Shown here piece by piece: positions 61,491-64,000 of a stretch of 64,000 nucleotides of DNA (its first letter is position 1; each line of letters opens with the position of its first letter). The notes under the pieces were generated by a model. That model saw only the letters and a list, made by a program, of their open reading frames with translations, did not search any database and was not told the DNA's origin. Location: assembly GCA_013239625.1 (NCBI GenBank), contig MU053334.1, positions 310,001-374,000 on the forward strand, read 5' to 3'. Both the position numbers and the translations under genes were made by a program. This stretch comes from Lama guanicoe (taxonomy: Eukaryota).

Positions 61491-61853
61491 TGTTAATCTG
61501 TTCACAGTGGGCCCATCATTCACGGCGGCTGAGACACCCCTCCCCTGACTGCACAGCCCTTCTCCTCGCTGTGACCTCTGCCTCTTCCCTGCTCGCCCCT
61601 GCTTGGGGCCTCCCTTTCCTCAGGAACCCCCTGTGAAGCAGCCTTCCTCTCCACTCCCACCCTGGGGTCAGGTCCCAGCAGGACCGGAAAGCTGCCTTCA
61701 AAGGCTGGGAGGCTGGGTGGACAATCGGTGGGCGCGGCCGGCAGGTTTGGTGGGAGCTACGGGAACCCGGCCTGCAGCCCCTTTCTCCTCAGGGCCCAGG
61801 CAAGCCCCAAGTGGGGCCTTGTGCCCTGGGGGAGGGTTTCGGGAGCTGCCCCT

Positions 61854-62031
61854 CTAATCTCCACAGCGCCGGGGGCTGCACACGCAGCTGCTGAACACCT
61901 GCAGGGGGAGCACCAGCCGCTGTCCCTGTGCCCTGGGGTCTGTGCAGGGCAGCTCGAGCTGCTTCTTGTGGGAGCTGAGGGGGTGGCAGCAGCTACAGCG
62001 GGTGTCCACTTGCATGGTGTCGGTGTTGAAG
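61854..62031 (-). CDS. MUC6: MUC6 last coding exon, CTCK domain ((S)FNTDTMQVDTRCSCCHPLSSHKKQLELPCTDPRAQGQRLVLPLQVFSSCVCSPRRCGD*)
   Basis: Minus-strand acceptor cctttgcag|CTTCAAC; cystine-knot spacing CSCC...CVC matches the mucin-6 C-terminus; AP2A2-MUC6 synteny. Confidence 0.93.
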
Positions 62032-62365
62032 CTGCAAAGGAGCCGCGGCGGAGAGTGTAGGTCAAGGCCTCTGCCTCGAGAGCGCTCCTGCCCTCCCCAG
62101 CCGCCCAGAGAGCTAGGTCCCGGTGGTTGGTTAGGGGAGCTCCCGTTGCTGACTTCCCCAGTCTGCCAGTCAGCCCTGAGTCCCCGGTGCCTCCAGGCAG
62201 GTTTGCAGGTGGGGACAGGCCAGGGCCACCTGACAGAGCAGCACGTGGCTTGTGGCTGGGAGCTCTGGGGCAGAGCTTCCCCGACTCCTACTCGGAGCCA
62301 CCTCTGCTGGGCAGGGCAGATTCCAAGCCCAGGACCGGACAGACTTCCCGGGTCCCACAGCTCAC

Positions 62366-62468
62366 CTAGCCGAGGAGGCGCAGACACCCTCACAGCGGGT
62401 CACTGTCACGTTGGCTGTGCACCCCTGGTAAGTGATCTCCTCCTGAACCTCCCTCACGCTGCAGTTCC
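62366..62468 (-). CDS. MUC6: MUC6 penultimate exon ((G)NCSVREVQEEITYQGCTANVTVTRCEGVCASSA(S)), 103 nt
   Basis: Minus strand ctcccag|GGAACTGC...GCTAG|gtgagc; phase fits the last exon; CEGxC cystine-knot motif; not in the ORF track. Confidence 0.92.
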
Positions 62469-64000
62469 CTGGGAGCCAAGAGGCAGGTGGTCAGGGCAGC
62501 CCCAGGGCCTGGCTGAGGGGCAGGTGTAGCCTCTGGGCCTCAGGTTTTCAGTCCCTTTTTGTGTGGGATGGTGGGTAGTCCGGACTCCGCTGAGGGGAGG
62601 TGGCCAGCTGCCTGGCCACTTAGCTGACCTAGGTGGGATGGCGGGGGCACACACCAGCACTTTCCTGCCCGCAGTGGCCTTCTACCTGGACCCCTGCCCC
62701 ACACTCAGGCCCCCGCCCCAGACCGTCTCCTCTGTCTGAGCCCCGCTGAGCTCAGGCCTCACAGCTGTGCTTGGGAGCAAAGCCTGGTAGTTCCTCATGG
62801 TGTGTTTTCTTCCTGAAAGTTGGCTGCACTGGACTCCACCGGGGCCAAGTCAGGGCTGTTCACAGAGGGTGAGGCAGATGGCCAGCCCTGGCCCTGGTTT
62901 AGCTTCCCTTGCCGCCTCCCCTCCCGGCCTGCTACCAACCTGTGGGCGTAGGTGTCTCTGGCCTGCTGGGCCCCGTACCTGCGGGAGGGATGAGGGGAGG
63001 ATGTCAGTGTCCCCAGAGGGGGCAGATGGTAGCACAAGAGCTTCCTGCCAGGGTCTGTACTCCCGGTGGGGGTGGGATGTGGCCCGGCTCTGAGCTCTGT
63101 CCTGCATCGATCCTGGTGGACAGACTGTAGCGATGAGCTGTCTCAGGGGCCCTGGCGGCTGGCCAAGCAGTGTGGCCGTTAGGAACTGCCACCGTGGACC
63201 TCGAGTGCAAAGCTGCGAGGAGTTCCTGTGCGGACTGAATTGTCTGTCCTGCTGTCCCATCGCCCCGACACAAGGCCCCCCATGGCCTGGAGCCCTGCTT
63301 ACCTGCTTTTCTGCTGAAGGCAGAGATGGGAGGCCTGGCAGGGGCGGGGCTCTGGGTGCTTCCCTGCAGGTAGTGTTGCCTCCAGCTCTCCTCTCCTGCT
63401 CTCCCCTCCTGCTCCCTCATCCCACTTCCTGGGTCCCTCCTCGTGGGCCGCCCGCACCCAGCCCTGGTCCCATGAGAGAATGTGTTTCTTTTCAACACTG
63501 TCCTACGGTGGTAGATCGTCCTACTGGGGGATGGGTGCCATGGAGGGGACACCCGGAAGACAGGGGAGGGGTGTCCCTCGAGAACCAAGTATGCCCAGCA
63601 GGCCTGGGGGCAGGAAGGCAGAGGGGAGGAGGAGGAGGCGGTAGCACGGAGGCTTGGGCAGGTGCTGGAGCGTGGAGCCCTGGCCACTGGTCCCAGTGGG
63701 ACCCCCGGCATCATCCGGAGTGAGGCATGCCCCTCCTTTCAGCAACCTGAGGGAGGGTTGCGGTGGCAGAAGCATAGGGTCCCTCTGAGCTCTGGGGAGG
63801 GTAGTCCTGGGAAGCTGCTGCTGAGCTCCCCTCAGAGGGAGGCCAGCGCCGCAGCGGGGGCTGTTGGGGAGCACACACGAGCCAGGTACGGGACAGACGT
63901 ACAGGCCCAGAGGCGGGAGGGGGGCCACCCGTGGAAAGCCAGGCACCCATTTTGGCCAGTCTGGAGAAACGCCCAGAGCAGAGGGGAGAAAGGAGCTAGA

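Noticed and set aside
63303-63363. Possible extra MUC6 exon on the minus strand (ctgcag|GGAAGC...AAAGCAG|gtaagc)
   Set aside because: Good donor, but weak polypyrimidine tract, 61-nt length and no mucin-like sequence; the large PTS exon is probably beyond the window end
1-64000. CRISPR array, prokaryotic operon or novel defence-type system
   Set aside because: The sequence is a spliced mammalian locus, with no repeat-spacer array or operon structure

Overview
GC-rich mammalian genomic DNA, probably camelid, inferred from three Vic-1-like tRNA-derived SINEs. Most of the window is AP2A2 (AP-2 adaptor alpha-2, + strand): the distal ~26 kb of intron 1 (exon 1 lies upstream), coding exons 2-22 (25950-59754) and the 3' UTR. 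These exons total 2750 nt in one open frame, about 938 aa if exon 1 is 67 nt as in human. The last two coding exons and poly(A) signal of MUC6 (C-terminal cystine knot, - strand) sit tail-to-tail with it. Splicing features include a U12 AT-AC intron 17, a GC-AG intron 9, a NAGNAG acceptor at exon 8 and a stop-free 90-nt intron 13. Introns carry decayed L1s (one near full length with a nested insertion), L2, MIR, a MER104-like MITE, SINEs, a CA/TG-rich tandem duplication and two assembly gaps. The most unusual signal is an apparent AT-to-GC bias in AP2A2 amino-acid replacements and in old L1 DNA, suggestive of GC-biased gene conversion. Ortholog comparisons use recalled sequences and need checking by alignment. 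I found no evidence of a wholly new biological system, and nearly all supplied ORFs look like chance frames.
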